A stretch of 64,000 bases of DNA from Methanomassiliicoccaceae archaeon (GCA_963751645.1 CAVVVD010000007.1:327841-391840), one strand, 5' to 3'; positions 10,475-21,217 are shown, counted from the first letter of the stretch. Notes: generated from the letters alone by a model not told the origin. A program made the numbers and translations.

Positions 10475-11461
10475 ATGAACCATATGGTGGGAGCCATGCG
10501 CCTCGCCATAGAGGTCGACCACGTCACCCGGGTCTTCGGGGGGAACGGCGACAAAGGTCCGGCCAAAGCGCTGGACGACATTTCTTTACAGGTCGAGGAG
10601 GGCGAACTTTTCGGGCTCCTCGGTCCCAATGGCGCGGGCAAGACCACCCTGATCAAGATACTGGCCACCCTGTTGCTTCCCAGTGAGGGCACGGTCAAGG
10701 TACTGGGCCACGATGTGGTCAAGGGATACGACCGCATCCGTCCCCGCATCAACATGGTCGCCGGGGGCGACGTCTCCGGCTATGGCCTACTCACCGTCAG
10801 GGAGAACCTATGGATGTTCTCCCAGTTCTATGGGATAGCGCCCAAGGTGGCGAGGCAGCGAATTGACGAGCTCTTAGGTCTTTTCAGTCTAACTGAAAAG
10901 GCCGATGCCAAGGTAAGGACCATCTCCACGGGCCAGAAACAGAAGATGAACGTCATCAGGGGATTCGTCACCGACCCCGACCTGATATTCCTGGACGAGC
11001 CCACGCTCGGGCTGGACGTCAATGCCAGCATCGCCATCCGCTCCTTCCTGAAGAAATGGGTCAAGGAGCGCCCTGGCAAGACGATGCTGCTCACCACCCA
11101 TTACATGGTGGAGGCGGAGGAGCTCTGCGATCGGGTCGCCGTCATCGATCGCGGTCGCATCCTGGCCTGCGACACCCCCACGAACCTGATGAGGATGCTG
11201 AAGAGAGCGACCACCTTCGACATCGAGACCACTCCCTTCGCAGGCTTGGAATCTATGTCGGGGATCCCGGGGCTGGAGGGCTTCAATTCTCACATCATCG
11301 GGGACCGGGCCCTGACCCGTTTCGTCGTCAACGACGAGTCGGTCATCGCCGAGATAATCTCCTTCATAAACTCCAAAGGGGGCAGGATAATCGCATTGGG
11401 CAAGAGCGAGCCCACCCTCGAGGACGTGTTCATCCATCTGATCGGTCAGGGGCTGGAATGA
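10475..11461 (+). CDS. ABC-2 type exporter ATP-binding protein
   Basis: GPNGAGKT Walker A, FLDEPT Walker B, TTHYM H-loop. Confidence 0.9.
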   Translation: MNHMVGAMRLAIEVDHVTRVFGGNGDKGPAKALDDISLQVEEGELFGLLGPNGAGKTTLIKILATLLLPSEGTVKVLGHDVVKGYDRIRPRINMVAGGDVSGYGLLTVRENLWMFSQFYGIAPKVARQRIDELLGLFSLTEKADAKVRTISTGQKQKMNVIRGFVTDPDLIFLDEPTLGLDVNASIAIRSFLKKWVKERPGKTMLLTTHYMVEAEELCDRVAVIDRGRILACDTPTNLMRMLKRATTFDIETTPFAGLESMSGIPGLEGFNSHIIGDRALTRFVVNDESVIAEIISFINSKGGRIIALGKSEPTLEDVFIHLIGQGLE

Positions 11462-12270
11462 TGGATTGGATGCTCAATCTGAGGGCCATCAAGGGAAGGG
11501 CCTACCCTCGGGCCATCGGGGGTCTGCGCGAACCCTCGTGGATGTTCTTCGATACAGTGCTTCCGTTGTTGGGGATCTCCGCCTTCGTGTTCTATTACCA
11601 GGCCCTGGGCGCGCCCGACGTCTACACGGGATATGTCATCATCGGGGGTGCCATGACCGCATACTGGTTGAACGTGCTCTGGTCTATGGCCACGCAGTTC
11701 TACTGGGAGAAGGAGACGGGGAACCTCGAGCTCTACATGATGGCCCCCATGTCCAAGATGTCCGTCCTGGCCGGCATGGCCCTCGGGGGCATCATCCTCA
11801 CCTCCGTGCGGGCCGTATCCACCATCGTCCTGGGCATAGTGATATTCCATGTGGAGATGACCATCACCTCTCCCTTGCTATTGGTGGCGGTCTTCGTCAC
11901 CACCCTCATCGCCCTGTATGGCATGGGCATGCTCTTCTCCTCCCTCTACATGTTATGGGGGCGGGGGGCCTGGCACATGTCCAACCTCATGCAGGAGCCC
12001 ATCTACCTCGTCTCGGGCTTCTACTTCCCGGTGCGGGAGATCGGTTTCTACGTGGCATTGGGCGCCTCCATCATCCCCATCACCCTGGGGCTGGATGCCA
12101 TGCGGCAGCTCCTGTTCGGCGACCAGACCGTGGGCCTGCTGCCTGTGAACCTGGAGCTGGCCATCCTTGTGGTGCTGGCGGTGGTGTTCGTGGTCTCCGC
12201 GAGGTACGCGTTGAGGTACATGGAGCACTTGGGCAAGAAGGAAGGGAGGCTGACGATGCGATGGCAGTGA
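11458..12270 (+). CDS. ABC-2 type permease
   Basis: Hydrophobic; WEKETGNLE, SGFYFPV, PITLGLDAMR; ATGA overlap with ATPase. Confidence 0.85.
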   Translation: MMDWMLNLRAIKGRAYPRAIGGLREPSWMFFDTVLPLLGISAFVFYYQALGAPDVYTGYVIIGGAMTAYWLNVLWSMATQFYWEKETGNLELYMMAPMSKMSVLAGMALGGIILTSVRAVSTIVLGIVIFHVEMTITSPLLLVAVFVTTLIALYGMGMLFSSLYMLWGRGAWHMSNLMQEPIYLVSGFYFPVREIGFYVALGASIIPITLGLDAMRQLLFGDQTVGLLPVNLELAILVVLAVVFVVSARYALRYMEHLGKKEGRLTMRWQ

Positions 12271-13133
12271 GGGAGAGGCTTCGCCGCGACCTCCGCACGG
12301 TCCGTTGGTCCGCTTGGCTCGGCTGGCAGATGGAGTCCAATTGGACCAATCCCTTGCTTTTCCTGCTCTATTCCATCGTGAAACCGGTCTTCGGGACCTT
12401 CATATTGGTATTCATGTACCTCATCATACTGGGTGACGTGGCCGCCGACCCCGTGCTCTTCTCCTACATGTACGTGGGCAATGCCTTCTACATGTTCGTG
12501 GCCCAGGTCATGTTCGGCGTGGCCTACGTGGTCCAGGAGGACCGGGAGAGGTTCAAGACCCTCAAGCAGGTCTACATAGCGCCGATAAGCTTCTTCCTCT
12601 ATGTGGTGGGCCGGTCCTTGAGCAAGATGGCGGTCACCGCACTGGCGGTGCTTATCACCTTGGTGTTCGGGGTCATCGCCTTGGACGTCGCCGTGGACCT
12701 CGGTGGGATCTCATGGCTCATGTTCACGGTGGGGCTGTTCATAGGATTGGCCTGCATAACCACCATCGGGGTGGCCCTGGCCGGTATCACCTTCCTCACC
12801 GCTAGGCACAGCTCTGGCATCAACGAGGGGATCGCCGGCATATTCTACCTGTTCTGTGGGGTGGTCTATCCCATCACCGTGCTCCCCCAATGGGCCCAGA
12901 ACATCGGGTTGGTCATACCGATAACATATTGGTTGGAGCTGATGAGGCGCAGCCTGGTGCCCTCGATGGATTTCTCTGCCATGAGCGGGCTGGGGCAATA
13001 TTCCGACCTGGACATACTGCTTTTACTGTTGGCCACATCGGTGGTTTTCCTTTTCATCTCCATCGGTATATTCAAGTATGCGGACCATCTTGCGAGGAAA
13101 AAGGGCAAGCTCGACATGAACAGCACTTATTAG
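12261..13133 (+). CDS. ABC-2 type permease
   Basis: Hydrophobic; EDRE, GVVYPITVLP, PITYWLELMR; start MAVRERL within ORF 11466..13133. Confidence 0.85.
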   Translation: MAVRERLRRDLRTVRWSAWLGWQMESNWTNPLLFLLYSIVKPVFGTFILVFMYLIILGDVAADPVLFSYMYVGNAFYMFVAQVMFGVAYVVQEDRERFKTLKQVYIAPISFFLYVVGRSLSKMAVTALAVLITLVFGVIALDVAVDLGGISWLMFTVGLFIGLACITTIGVALAGITFLTARHSSGINEGIAGIFYLFCGVVYPITVLPQWAQNIGLVIPITYWLELMRRSLVPSMDFSAMSGLGQYSDLDILLLLLATSVVFLFISIGIFKYADHLARKKGKLDMNSTY

Positions 13134-13166
13134 TGTGGAATGCCTTGCGCCCGCCGAGTGACACAC

Positions 13167-13243
13167 GCCCGAGTGGGGTAGCTTGGACATCCTAAGAGGC
13201 TGCGAACCTCTAGACCCGGATTCAAATTCCGGCTCGGGCGCCA
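13167..13243 (+). tRNA. tRNA-Arg(GCG)
   Basis: Acceptor GCCCGAG/CTCGGGC, anticodon arm AGAGG-CT-GCG-AA-CCTCT, T-loop TTCAAAT, encoded CCA. Confidence 0.93.
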
Positions 13244-13245
13244 TT

Positions 13246-15163
13246 TCACATTTCTAGGCCGAACCTCTCCACCACTTCCACATCACCGGGCGGCAATATG
13301 CGGGATATCTCCTCCTCGGGGACCTCGAAGACCTTGGCCAACTGGGCCGACAGCTTGCCACGTGCGAGCTCGCCAGGCACGATGATGACGAAGCGTTGCG
13401 AACGCGCCCTCACAGCCTCCTCCGGTCCGCACATGATCTTCCTCGCGCCCTCGTGCTCGATCTCGCCCACAGCCAAACGTAGGGGCAGATGATGGAAGTA
13501 GTTGCGTTTCCCCCTTATGATGAACCCCCCTCTGGGGACGAACTCCCCCGCTTCCGGGGTCTTCGAGACCTGGTCCGGCACAACCCAATAGGCGCTTCCC
13601 TCGCTCACGCCCGCCCCCCAAGCCTTCGAGCTGGCCAATGCGAAGGTGCAGACCTGGCGCATCTCCTCCTCCCCCGCCTCCGACCCGTTCTTGATGATGA
13701 CGCTGGCGGCACCGTGTAGGTCGGCGTGGGCATAGCGGTCAGGATCGCCCAGGTGCTTCTTCACCAGCTGCTCGTTCGACCGGGCGTCGCGACCGCCGAG
13801 GACCAGTCGATTCTCGGAGCTCATGAACCAACGATACGTCTCGAACCAGAACTGCTTGGTCGGCTTGGCCTTGACCTTGGCGGCCCTCGCCACCTCCTGG
13901 CCGTGCCTCTGCCGGTCCTCCACCTTCTTTTCCGTCTCCATCAATGCCTGTTCCGCCCCACGCATCTTCTCCTTGGCCTCCTTGGAGTTGGAGAACAGCA
14001 GGTTGGCGTTCTCATCGATGGAGAGGCGATAGTTCAATGGCACCTCGGCCTCGTCGATCCGGACCACTATCAAGTCCTTTTCCGGTTCCACCTTGACGCA
14101 GAAGGGCAGCCCCTGGGCGAAATCGCGCATCTGCTCCCAATTGAGCTCTTCAGCCTTCTTGCCCAGTACCGATAAGAGCTTTACGACCTCGGCATAACGG
14201 GCGTAGAGGCGGTTGGCCTTGTCGGCCAGGTCCACGCTCTCAGCCCTCAACCGGTCCACGCTCTCCGCCTGCTGCTCCCTTTGTCTCAGGAGCCTTTCCA
14301 GCTCCTCATCGCGCACATCCTCGGCGTCCGGAGCCTTTGCTATGATATATTCGTCCAGGGCATCGGAGAACGTCGGGAACGCCTCAGCCTCCAATGCGGC
14401 ATCCTGGAGCAGAGCGATGGGGGCCACATCGACGGCGTGCTCGGGGCCATAGTAGACGGTGGGCTGAGGCGTGTCCAGTCGGAGGAAGAGCTGCTTGATC
14501 GCCGATGACAGGCCGACGATATCCTCCTCGACTAGGGACTTGGCCTTGCGGTTCTTGTCCACTCCCGCGACCAGACAGGCCTCCTCGGCATACTGCCCTC
14601 CCATGTTGCCGGCGGTGGCCAGGGTGCGGATCGTGTCCGCCGTCGACGCGGATAGGGCCTCCCTCCATGCGGGCAGGTCCATGAGCAAGGGATGAGGACG
14701 GGAAGGTGGGAACTGATAGTCTATCCCGATGCGGATGTCGCGGTGCCTCCAGGTCTTCTGCTCTATGCAGTTGGCGATCTTGCCATCCTGCACCACCAAA
14801 AGGTTGCCCTCACCGAACAGCTCGAAAACTACCTGGTAGCTCCCTTCCCTGTTGCCCATGTCTCAGCACGATGATGCGGTCGAACTCCCTTTGCCAGACC
14901 GCAGTGACGCGAGCGTTGTTGAGCATCTTCCTGAGATGCACGGCGAATCCGCCCGGAGTGTCTGGCGTTTCCGGCCTGTCCTTGGGCATGTAGAGCCATT
15001 TGCCGTCCTTGAGCAAAAGCTCCCGCCTTCCCCCCGGGGCATTGATGCGGAACAGCACGCTGCGCCTGTCCCAGTGGAACACCTTGTCGACGAATCCCCC
15101 CACCAGGCACTGCATCTCCTTCGACATGGCCAGGACGTCGAAGGCCGTCATCTCGCGCTTCAT
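13246..15163 (-). CDS. rqcH: RqcH/NFACT ribosome quality-control protein (frameshift near 14860)
   Basis: MKREMTAFDV, FDRII, ELFGEGNL, WFETYRWF, GGRDARSNEQLVKKH, HADLHGA, VSKTPEAGEFVPRGGFIIRGKRNY. Confidence 0.88.
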
Positions 15164-15278
15164 CGCGCACCGATGTGCGAGGTGTGAGAATAACCTTTCC
15201 AAAGGACCTTGCTGGACCCGGTCCATGAATACCAATCAGAAAGGTTTATGAATGAATATCCGGTTGGGGAGGCCCACT

Positions 15279-15350
15279 GCCACTGTGGCTTAGAGGCATA
15301 GCGACGCCTTGGTAAGGCGTAGGTCGAGGGTTCAATTCCCTCCAGTGGCT
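15279..15350 (+). tRNA. tRNA-Thr(GGT)
   Basis: Acceptor GCCACTG/CAGTGGC, anticodon arm ACGCC-TT-GGT-AA-GGCGT, GGTTCAATTCC; upstream AAAGGTTTATGAA promoter-like. Confidence 0.93.
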
Positions 15351-15426
15351 CATTTCTCTTATCATATCACCAATAGGATTGATATATCCTGGTAACGATA
15401 ATTGGGTAAGGTCTCAAGGTAGCACC

Positions 15427-16323
15427 ATGAAACGAGCCCTTCTACTATCCGTATCCGTCCTATTCATGATCATCATTTTCGGGACAGTTGGGTTCATGAT
15501 AGCAGAGCCGACCGTCAACAATGACCTGGGCACTGCTTTTTGGCTGACCATGGTCACGGTGACGACGGTGGGATATGGTGATTACTATCCCACCAACAGC
15601 ATCTCGAGGGGCATCGCCGTGATCGTGATGGTGGCTGGGATCGGGGCGATCATCTACACCTTGACGAACATCTTCCAACTGGCGGTAACGGCAAATTTAC
15701 GTTCAGAGCTCGGGATAGCAGAAAGGAGGACTCGGATGAAGGACCATTACATCGTTTGCGGTTATGGCAATGTCGGAAGGGAGGTCACATTTCACCTTAA
15801 GTGCAGGGGCGAGAGCTTCGTGGTCATCGAGCGGGACCGCCTCAAGGTCGAATCGCTGGTGGACAAGGGCGTGCCGGTCATCCAAGGTGATGCCGAGGAC
15901 GATGACACCTTGAAGAGGGCCAATGTTGCTGAGGCCAAAGGCCTGATAACGGTTATGAGGGACAGCCAGAACCTCGTCACCATCATAGCGGCGAAAGGGC
16001 TCAACCCCAAACTGATCGTCGTCTCCGAAGTGGAGGAGGACAAGAACATCATCAAGTTGCAGAGGGTGGGCGCCGACAACATCATCAACTGTCACGAGAT
16101 GGGGGCCAGGATAATGGTGGACCAGGTCCGGCACGCCTTCGTCGATCCCGTCTGCGAGGTAGAGCTCACCTCATCGACCAAGAAGCACGAGTACATCTTT
16201 CAGAACATGAAGCTAGGCTTCTGTTGCCAAGAGTGCCTAGAGGCCTTCAAGATGCACCCCGAACGGTTCATCGCCCACCGCAAGGGCATGGACATCAATT
16301 GCGAGATCGGGAAGAAAACCTGA
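15427..16323 (+). CDS. 2-TM potassium channel with RCK (TrkA-N) domain and C-terminal YHS domain
   Basis: TTVGYGD filter; DHYIVCGYGNVG; DPVC...FCCQECLEAFKMHPERF. Confidence 0.88.
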   Translation: MKRALLLSVSVLFMIIIFGTVGFMIAEPTVNNDLGTAFWLTMVTVTTVGYGDYYPTNSISRGIAVIVMVAGIGAIIYTLTNIFQLAVTANLRSELGIAERRTRMKDHYIVCGYGNVGREVTFHLKCRGESFVVIERDRLKVESLVDKGVPVIQGDAEDDDTLKRANVAEAKGLITVMRDSQNLVTIIAAKGLNPKLIVVSEVEEDKNIIKLQRVGADNIINCHEMGARIMVDQVRHAFVDPVCEVELTSSTKKHEYIFQNMKLGFCCQECLEAFKMHPERFIAHRKGMDINCEIGKKT

Positions 16324-17526
16324 TCATTTCATGCGATAGTACACCAGGCCGGACCACATCTTCGGGAAGAAGTAGGTGGACTTCTTAGGCATCTTTCCAC
16401 CTGCCATCGCGATGTCCCAGATGACCTCAAGGGGCGGGGGGTTCAGCATGATGGCATAATCGAACTCCTTTTCCTTTATCCTCTCCATGACGCTCTCCTC
16501 GTCATGGTCGTATGCCACCCTCGACCCCTCGTTCTCCTTGGCCTGCACAATCGGTCTTATGATATGCTCCTCGCAGACCGAGGTGTCCAAACGTTGCAAG
16601 GGGGTGCTGCCTGTCCTCTTGGGAGCGAGGACATGGTAGGCGTGACGGCTTATGAGCCCCAGTTCCTTTCCCTCCGCCTCCTCCATCCGCTCTAAGAGGG
16701 CCTCCTCCGAGGGCACCTTGGTCATGGTAAAGTCCTTGCCCAAGCGCTCTAGGAACTGCGCTTCAGTGATCTTCAGACCAGCGATGAGGCGGTGGGTCGG
16801 TCTGACCACCAGACCAGGGTCCCTCATGCTCACCAGCGTCGCCAGGACGAATCCCTTCTTGCGTTTGCGCGGGTTCTCCTCGGCATAACGGCAGGCCGTC
16901 TCGTAGCGATGATGCCCATCGGCGATGAGGATGCGCTTGGAGGACATCGCCTCCTCGATCTCCTGGACCATCTCCGGCTCGGAGATGCGGTGCAATGTAT
17001 GGGATACCCCCTGGCTGTCAGAGAAGCTGAACAACTTCTCCGCGTGCTCCATCATGCGCTTCTCCAGGGCATCGGGATAATCGTCGAACAGGCCGAAGAT
17101 CGATTCGCAATGCGTCTCCGTTCCCCGGAGCAGTTTGAGCCTGTCTTCCTTGACCTTGGGGAAGGTCTCCTCATGGGGGATCACTCCATCAGGATGGTAG
17201 CCCTCGGCGGCCAGCACCCCAACCAGACCGAAGCGGGTATGTATGAGGCCCCCCTCCACGAACTGCTGTTCGTACAGGTAGAACGATTCCCCCCTGTCCC
17301 GGGCCAGGACATCGCTCTTGATCCATTGCTGTAGCCGTTCCCCTGCGGCGGAGTATTCCCCACCCACCCCGCCGAGGGTGATGTTGGTGACGTTGTATGG
17401 ATGGGATTGCAGCTCCTTCCTCTCCTCCTCGTTGATGACATCGTAGGGCGGCGAGACCCTGTCTTCAATGGACTCTCCTCGGGACAGTTCGGGTAGATAG
17501 GCCCGGAAGGGATGGAATTGCACCAT
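16324..17526 (-). CDS. DUF1015 family protein
   Basis: SPPYDVI, PHEET, IADGHHRY, PTHR, MPKKSTYFFPK. Confidence 0.88.
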   Translation of the reverse strand: MVQFHPFRAYLPELSRGESIEDRVSPPYDVINEEERKELQSHPYNVTNITLGGVGGEYSAAGERLQQWIKSDVLARDRGESFYLYEQQFVEGGLIHTRFGLVGVLAAEGYHPDGVIPHEETFPKVKEDRLKLLRGTETHCESIFGLFDDYPDALEKRMMEHAEKLFSFSDSQGVSHTLHRISEPEMVQEIEEAMSSKRILIADGHHRYETACRYAEENPRKRKKGFVLATLVSMRDPGLVVRPTHRLIAGLKITEAQFLERLGKDFTMTKVPSEEALLERMEEAEGKELGLISRHAYHVLAPKRTGSTPLQRLDTSVCEEHIIRPIVQAKENEGSRVAYDHDEESVMERIKEKEFDYAIMLNPPPLEVIWDIAMAGGKMPKKSTYFFPKMWSGLVYYRMK

Positions 17527-17641
17527 TTTCTAAGCTCCAGGCCCCCTACCGAGACCATCGGTCATAGACTTTACCCCTAGGAGCGGGTCAATGGGAAAAA
17601 CGGTCTTGCTATGGGATCGATCGGGAAAGGCACGATCGCGC

Positions 17642-18199
17642 TCAACCGGAATCCCAATCCGGTCTTTTTTCGAAGATGCGTTGCAAGGCCCAGTCAGCGC
17701 CCTTGCTCACATAGGTGCTGGGGTCCCTCTTCAGCTCGCGCAACGCCTCCACCGAGCTCCTATCGCATAGGTTCGCCCTCTCGGCCAACCGTCCGAGGGC
17801 CCAAGCGGCCATGCCTACGACCTGACGACTTTCGTCCCTCAAAAGATGGTTCAATGGTGGTATGGACGACTCCGTCCCGATGCCGATCCCTGCCAGCTCC
17901 CCAAGGGCCCACGTGGCGTTCTCCCTGACCTCATCATCCTCATCCCCCAAGGCGAGGACAAGGGCCGTCATCGATCGGTCCGCGCCCTGCTTCCCCAGTG
18001 CCAGACGGCCCAAGGCCCAGGTGGCCTTCCTACGCACTTCCACGTCATCGTCCACGACCAGGGGGAGCAGGGGTTCGCTGAGGGACTGGTCAAGACGCTT
18101 CTCTCGCAGGACGGCGATCGCCCGGTCCAAGGCCTGAGCTCGAACGGTCGGGTCAGGGTCGGAAAGGGCCGACCCAAGCTGGGTAATCTCATCGTCCAT
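17642..18199 (-). CDS. HEAT-repeat protein
   Basis: Repeated D.D.EVR..A.WALG units. Confidence 0.8.
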   Translation of the reverse strand: MDDEITQLGSALSDPDPTVRAQALDRAIAVLREKRLDQSLSEPLLPLVVDDDVEVRRKATWALGRLALGKQGADRSMTALVLALGDEDDEVRENATWALGELAGIGIGTESSIPPLNHLLRDESRQVVGMAAWALGRLAERANLCDRSSVEALRELKRDPSTYVSKGADWALQRIFEKRPDWDSG

Positions 18200-18222
18200 C
18201 TCAGCATCTCCATGGCTTGGTC

Positions 18223-18411
18223 TCATGTCTTAGGCGGGATGATCGGCTTCTCCTTGAAGAACTCACATCCTGGATAGTCCTTCTCGGGTGTGCAGGCATC
18301 GTAATCTTGCTTCATTCCAAGGACATCATGTCGGAAGCGTTTGGCCTTACAATTGGCGCAGAAGCCATCAGTGGCCCGCCACAGGCATGTCGTGCGCACA
18401 TTTGTCATCAT
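18223..18411 (-). CDS. Small Cys-rich hypothetical protein (62 aa)
   Basis: Five Cys including CANC; TATA-like TTTTATAC upstream; same strand as HEAT gene. Confidence 0.55.
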   Translation of the reverse strand: MMTNVRTTCLWRATDGFCANCKAKRFRHDVLGMKQDYDACTPEKDYPGCEFFKEKPIIPPKT

Positions 18412-18526
18412 CGTTCTTCAAATCGTGATTCGGGTATAAAATCTGAGCATATGTCGCAAACCCGGACTTCGAAACGACCTTACAAATATGTATGTGGCAA
18501 ACAAACCAAGTTGAGGAACAACAAGC

Positions 18527-18907
18527 TTATACGGGATCATTCTGCCTGGTCCGATAGTCTCTTATGGCATCCCTCAAGGCATCAGGACCGAGTATGGAGC
18601 AGTTGACCTTGCTCTCCGGGATGCCATCGAGGTAGGTCGAGACATCCTCTTTCGATATCTTCGAGGCCTCTTCAATGGTCTTGCCTTTGATCATCTCGGT
18701 GAAAGCGGATGCTCCAGCGATCGCAGCGGCGCACCCGAACACCTGGTGCTTTGCATCGGTTATCACCCCGTCCTTCACCTTGATGGCGATGACGACGATG
18801 TCCCCGTCCACCGCGTTCGCGGCCTTGCCCTTGGCGTCCGCATCGTTCATCTCTCCCGCGTTCCGAGGATTAATGAAATGTTCCATCACCTTCTTGTTGT
18901 AGGCCAC
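18527..18907 (-). CDS. iscU: IscU/NifU-N Fe-S scaffold (variant ligands)
   Basis: EHFINPRNAG, FGCAAAIA, GKTIEEA, CSIL; directly after iscS. Confidence 0.88.
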   Translation of the reverse strand: MAYNKKVMEHFINPRNAGEMNDADAKGKAANAVDGDIVVIAIKVKDGVITDAKHQVFGCAAAIAGASAFTEMIKGKTIEEASKISKEDVSTYLDGIPESKVNCSILGPDALRDAIRDYRTRQNDPV

Positions 18908-18910
18908 GTG

Positions 18911-20089
18911 TCATCCTCCCGTCGATCTTTTCATCGTGCCCAGAGGTGCTAGCGACCTCAACCTTTTAACGGTCTTTTCGATGGCATCAACGAACGAATC
19001 CGCCTCGGCGATGGTGTTCATCTTCGATAAACTGACCCTCAGAGCCCCTCGGCTCTGCTCAGGGGTAAGTCCCAATGCCTTGAGGACGTGGGAGGTCTCG
19101 CTGTTCCTCGCCGAACAGGCCGACCCGGTCGATGTGGCGAATCCCAAGTAATCAAGGCTCAGCACCAAAGCCTCCCCCTCCACATCATCGAATCGAAAGT
19201 TCGCGTTGTTGCACAGCCTTCGTGTCCTATGGCCATTGAGGTAGGAGCCTTGCACACCCTCAAGGGTCCCATCGATCAAACGGTCCCGAACAGCGGTCAT
19301 CCGTTCCACCGAGCTTTCCATATCCTCCATACCGATCTCGATGGCCTTGCCCATCCCGACGATACCGGGAACGTTCTCCGTGGAAGGCCTGAGCCCGCGC
19401 TCCTGTCCGCCTCCATAGGCCAATGGGCGAACCTTGAGCCCCCCCCGGACGAACAATGCCCCCACGCCCTTGGGGCCGTGGAACTTATGGGCAGATATCG
19501 ATAGGAGGTCTATGGGGTCCCTTCCTACATCAAGGGGGATCTTTACGATGGCTTGGACGGCATCTGTGTGGAACGGCACACCGGACTCGTGGGCGATCCG
19601 GCCGATCTCCCTGATGGGCTGTATCGTTCCGACCTCATTGTTGGCCGTCATTATGGAAACAAGAATGGTTTCGTCACGCATTGCCGACCTTACCATATCC
19701 GGATCGACCAACCCCTCTCCGTCCACAGGGAGATATGTCACCTTGAAACCCTCTCTCTCCAGAAATTCGCATGTATGCAGAATGGCATGGTGCTCGATGC
19801 TCGATGTGATGATGTGATCTCCTTTGCCCCTATTGGCGAATGCGATGCCCTGCAAGGCGATATTGTTCGATTCCGTGCCGCCGGATGTGAAGAATATCTC
19901 ATCGGGGGATGCGCCGATCGCTTTGGCCGTCCTTGTTCGGGCTAGTTCCATCCCTTCCTTGGCCTCCTCTCCGAAAGAATGCAGGCTCGAAGGGTTCCCA
20001 TATCTGGACTCATAGTACGGGATCATCTCTTCGAGCACCCTCGGGTCGATCCGCGTGGTGGCGCTGTTATCGAAGAAGGTTTTCACCAA
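18911..20089 (-). CDS. iscS: Cysteine desulfurase IscS/NifS
   Basis: DNSATT, GNPSSLH, TSGGTES, HTDAVQ, SAHKFHGPKG, STGSACS. Confidence 0.93.
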   Translation of the reverse strand: MVKTFFDNSATTRIDPRVLEEMIPYYESRYGNPSSLHSFGEEAKEGMELARTRTAKAIGASPDEIFFTSGGTESNNIALQGIAFANRGKGDHIITSSIEHHAILHTCEFLEREGFKVTYLPVDGEGLVDPDMVRSAMRDETILVSIMTANNEVGTIQPIREIGRIAHESGVPFHTDAVQAIVKIPLDVGRDPIDLLSISAHKFHGPKGVGALFVRGGLKVRPLAYGGGQERGLRPSTENVPGIVGMGKAIEIGMEDMESSVERMTAVRDRLIDGTLEGVQGSYLNGHRTRRLCNNANFRFDDVEGEALVLSLDYLGFATSTGSACSARNSETSHVLKALGLTPEQSRGALRVSLSKMNTIAEADSFVDAIEKTVKRLRSLAPLGTMKRSTGG

Positions 20090-20159
20090 GGTAACACCTT
20101 AACTATCGATGAGACGATTCTAATACTATTTTTACATATTCATTTTCATATATGCCATA

Positions 20160-21080
20160 TCATTCTGGGAACAGGTCAGTGCTAAGATACCTCTCGCCGA
20201 AGTCCGGCGCCACGACGACGATCTTCTTCCCCTTTCCGAGCTTCTTCGCGAGCTGAAGCGCCGCATATATGGCCGCTCCGGAGGAAGTCCCAACGAATAT
20301 GCCCTCTTTCTTGGCGAGTTCCCTCGCGACCACCTTCGCGTCCTCATCCTTGACCTGGACGATCTTATCGATAAACTTGAGGTCCAGGACCGATGGGACG
20401 AAGCCCGCACCAATGCCTTGTATGGTATGTGGCCCAGGTTTACCACCCGATAGGACCGGCGATGCCGCTGGCTCGACAGCCACCAACAACACCTCTTTCC
20501 CATTCTCGCGCAGCCTTCTGCCAACTCCTGTAATGGTCCCACCAGTTCCAACTCCGGCGACGAACGCGTCAAGATCTGGAAGGTCTGTTTGGATTTCCAA
20601 GGCCGTCGTCTCGTAGTGGACGTTGGGGTTGGCGTTGTTGTCGAACTGTTGAGGCATGAACATGTTGGAGTTCTCCTTCTGGATCTCAGTGGCCTTTTCG
20701 ATCGCTCCCTTCATGCCATCGGCCCTGGGGGTAAGGACAAGCTCCGCGCCCATAGCCTTCAACAATCGCCTGCGCTCGATGGACATGGTCTCAGGCATGG
20801 TCAGTACAAGGCGGTATCCCTTTACGGCGCATACCATGGCGAGGCCAATCCCAGTATTGCCAGAGGTCGGTTCGACCAGGACGATCTCGGACCCTGGTCG
20901 AAGTTTCCCTTCGCTCTCCGCACGTTCGATCATAGCGAGAGCTATGCGGTCCTTCACCGACCTCATCGGGTTGGCAGACTCCAATTTGACATAGACCTCC
21001 GCATCTTCCTGCCCCGGAAGGCGGTTCAACCTCACCAAAGGAGTCCGTCCTATCGTTTCCAGTATGTTATTGAACTTCAT
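20160..21080 (-). CDS. cysK: Cysteine synthase A
   Basis: [48 protein letters not shown]. Confidence 0.93.
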   Translation of the reverse strand: MKFNNILETIGRTPLVRLNRLPGQEDAEVYVKLESANPMRSVKDRIALAMIERAESEGKLRPGSEIVLVEPTSGNTGIGLAMVCAVKGYRLVLTMPETMSIERRRLLKAMGAELVLTPRADGMKGAIEKATEIQKENSNMFMPQQFDNNANPNVHYETTALEIQTDLPDLDAFVAGVGTGGTITGVGRRLRENGKEVLLVAVEPAASPVLSGGKPGPHTIQGIGAGFVPSVLDLKFIDKIVQVKDEDAKVVARELAKKEGIFVGTSSGAAIYAALQLAKKLGKGKKIVVVAPDFGERYLSTDLFPE

Positions 21081-21217
21081 TGAAATCACCTATCTCTTGA
21101 TTTGATCATATTCCATGGGCGCAGGACCCACGATTTTAGAGGGAAAACCTAGGAATCATCCCCGTCAAAGTCCTACGCTGGTGGAAACACTCGTTCATCC
21201 TCAATCAGTTACGGAGA

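Noticed and set aside
11056-12260. Long N-terminal extensions of the ABC permease ORFs (404 and 555 aa)
   Set aside because: These are open alternate frames overlapping real upstream genes in GC-rich DNA; true starts are 11458 and 12261.
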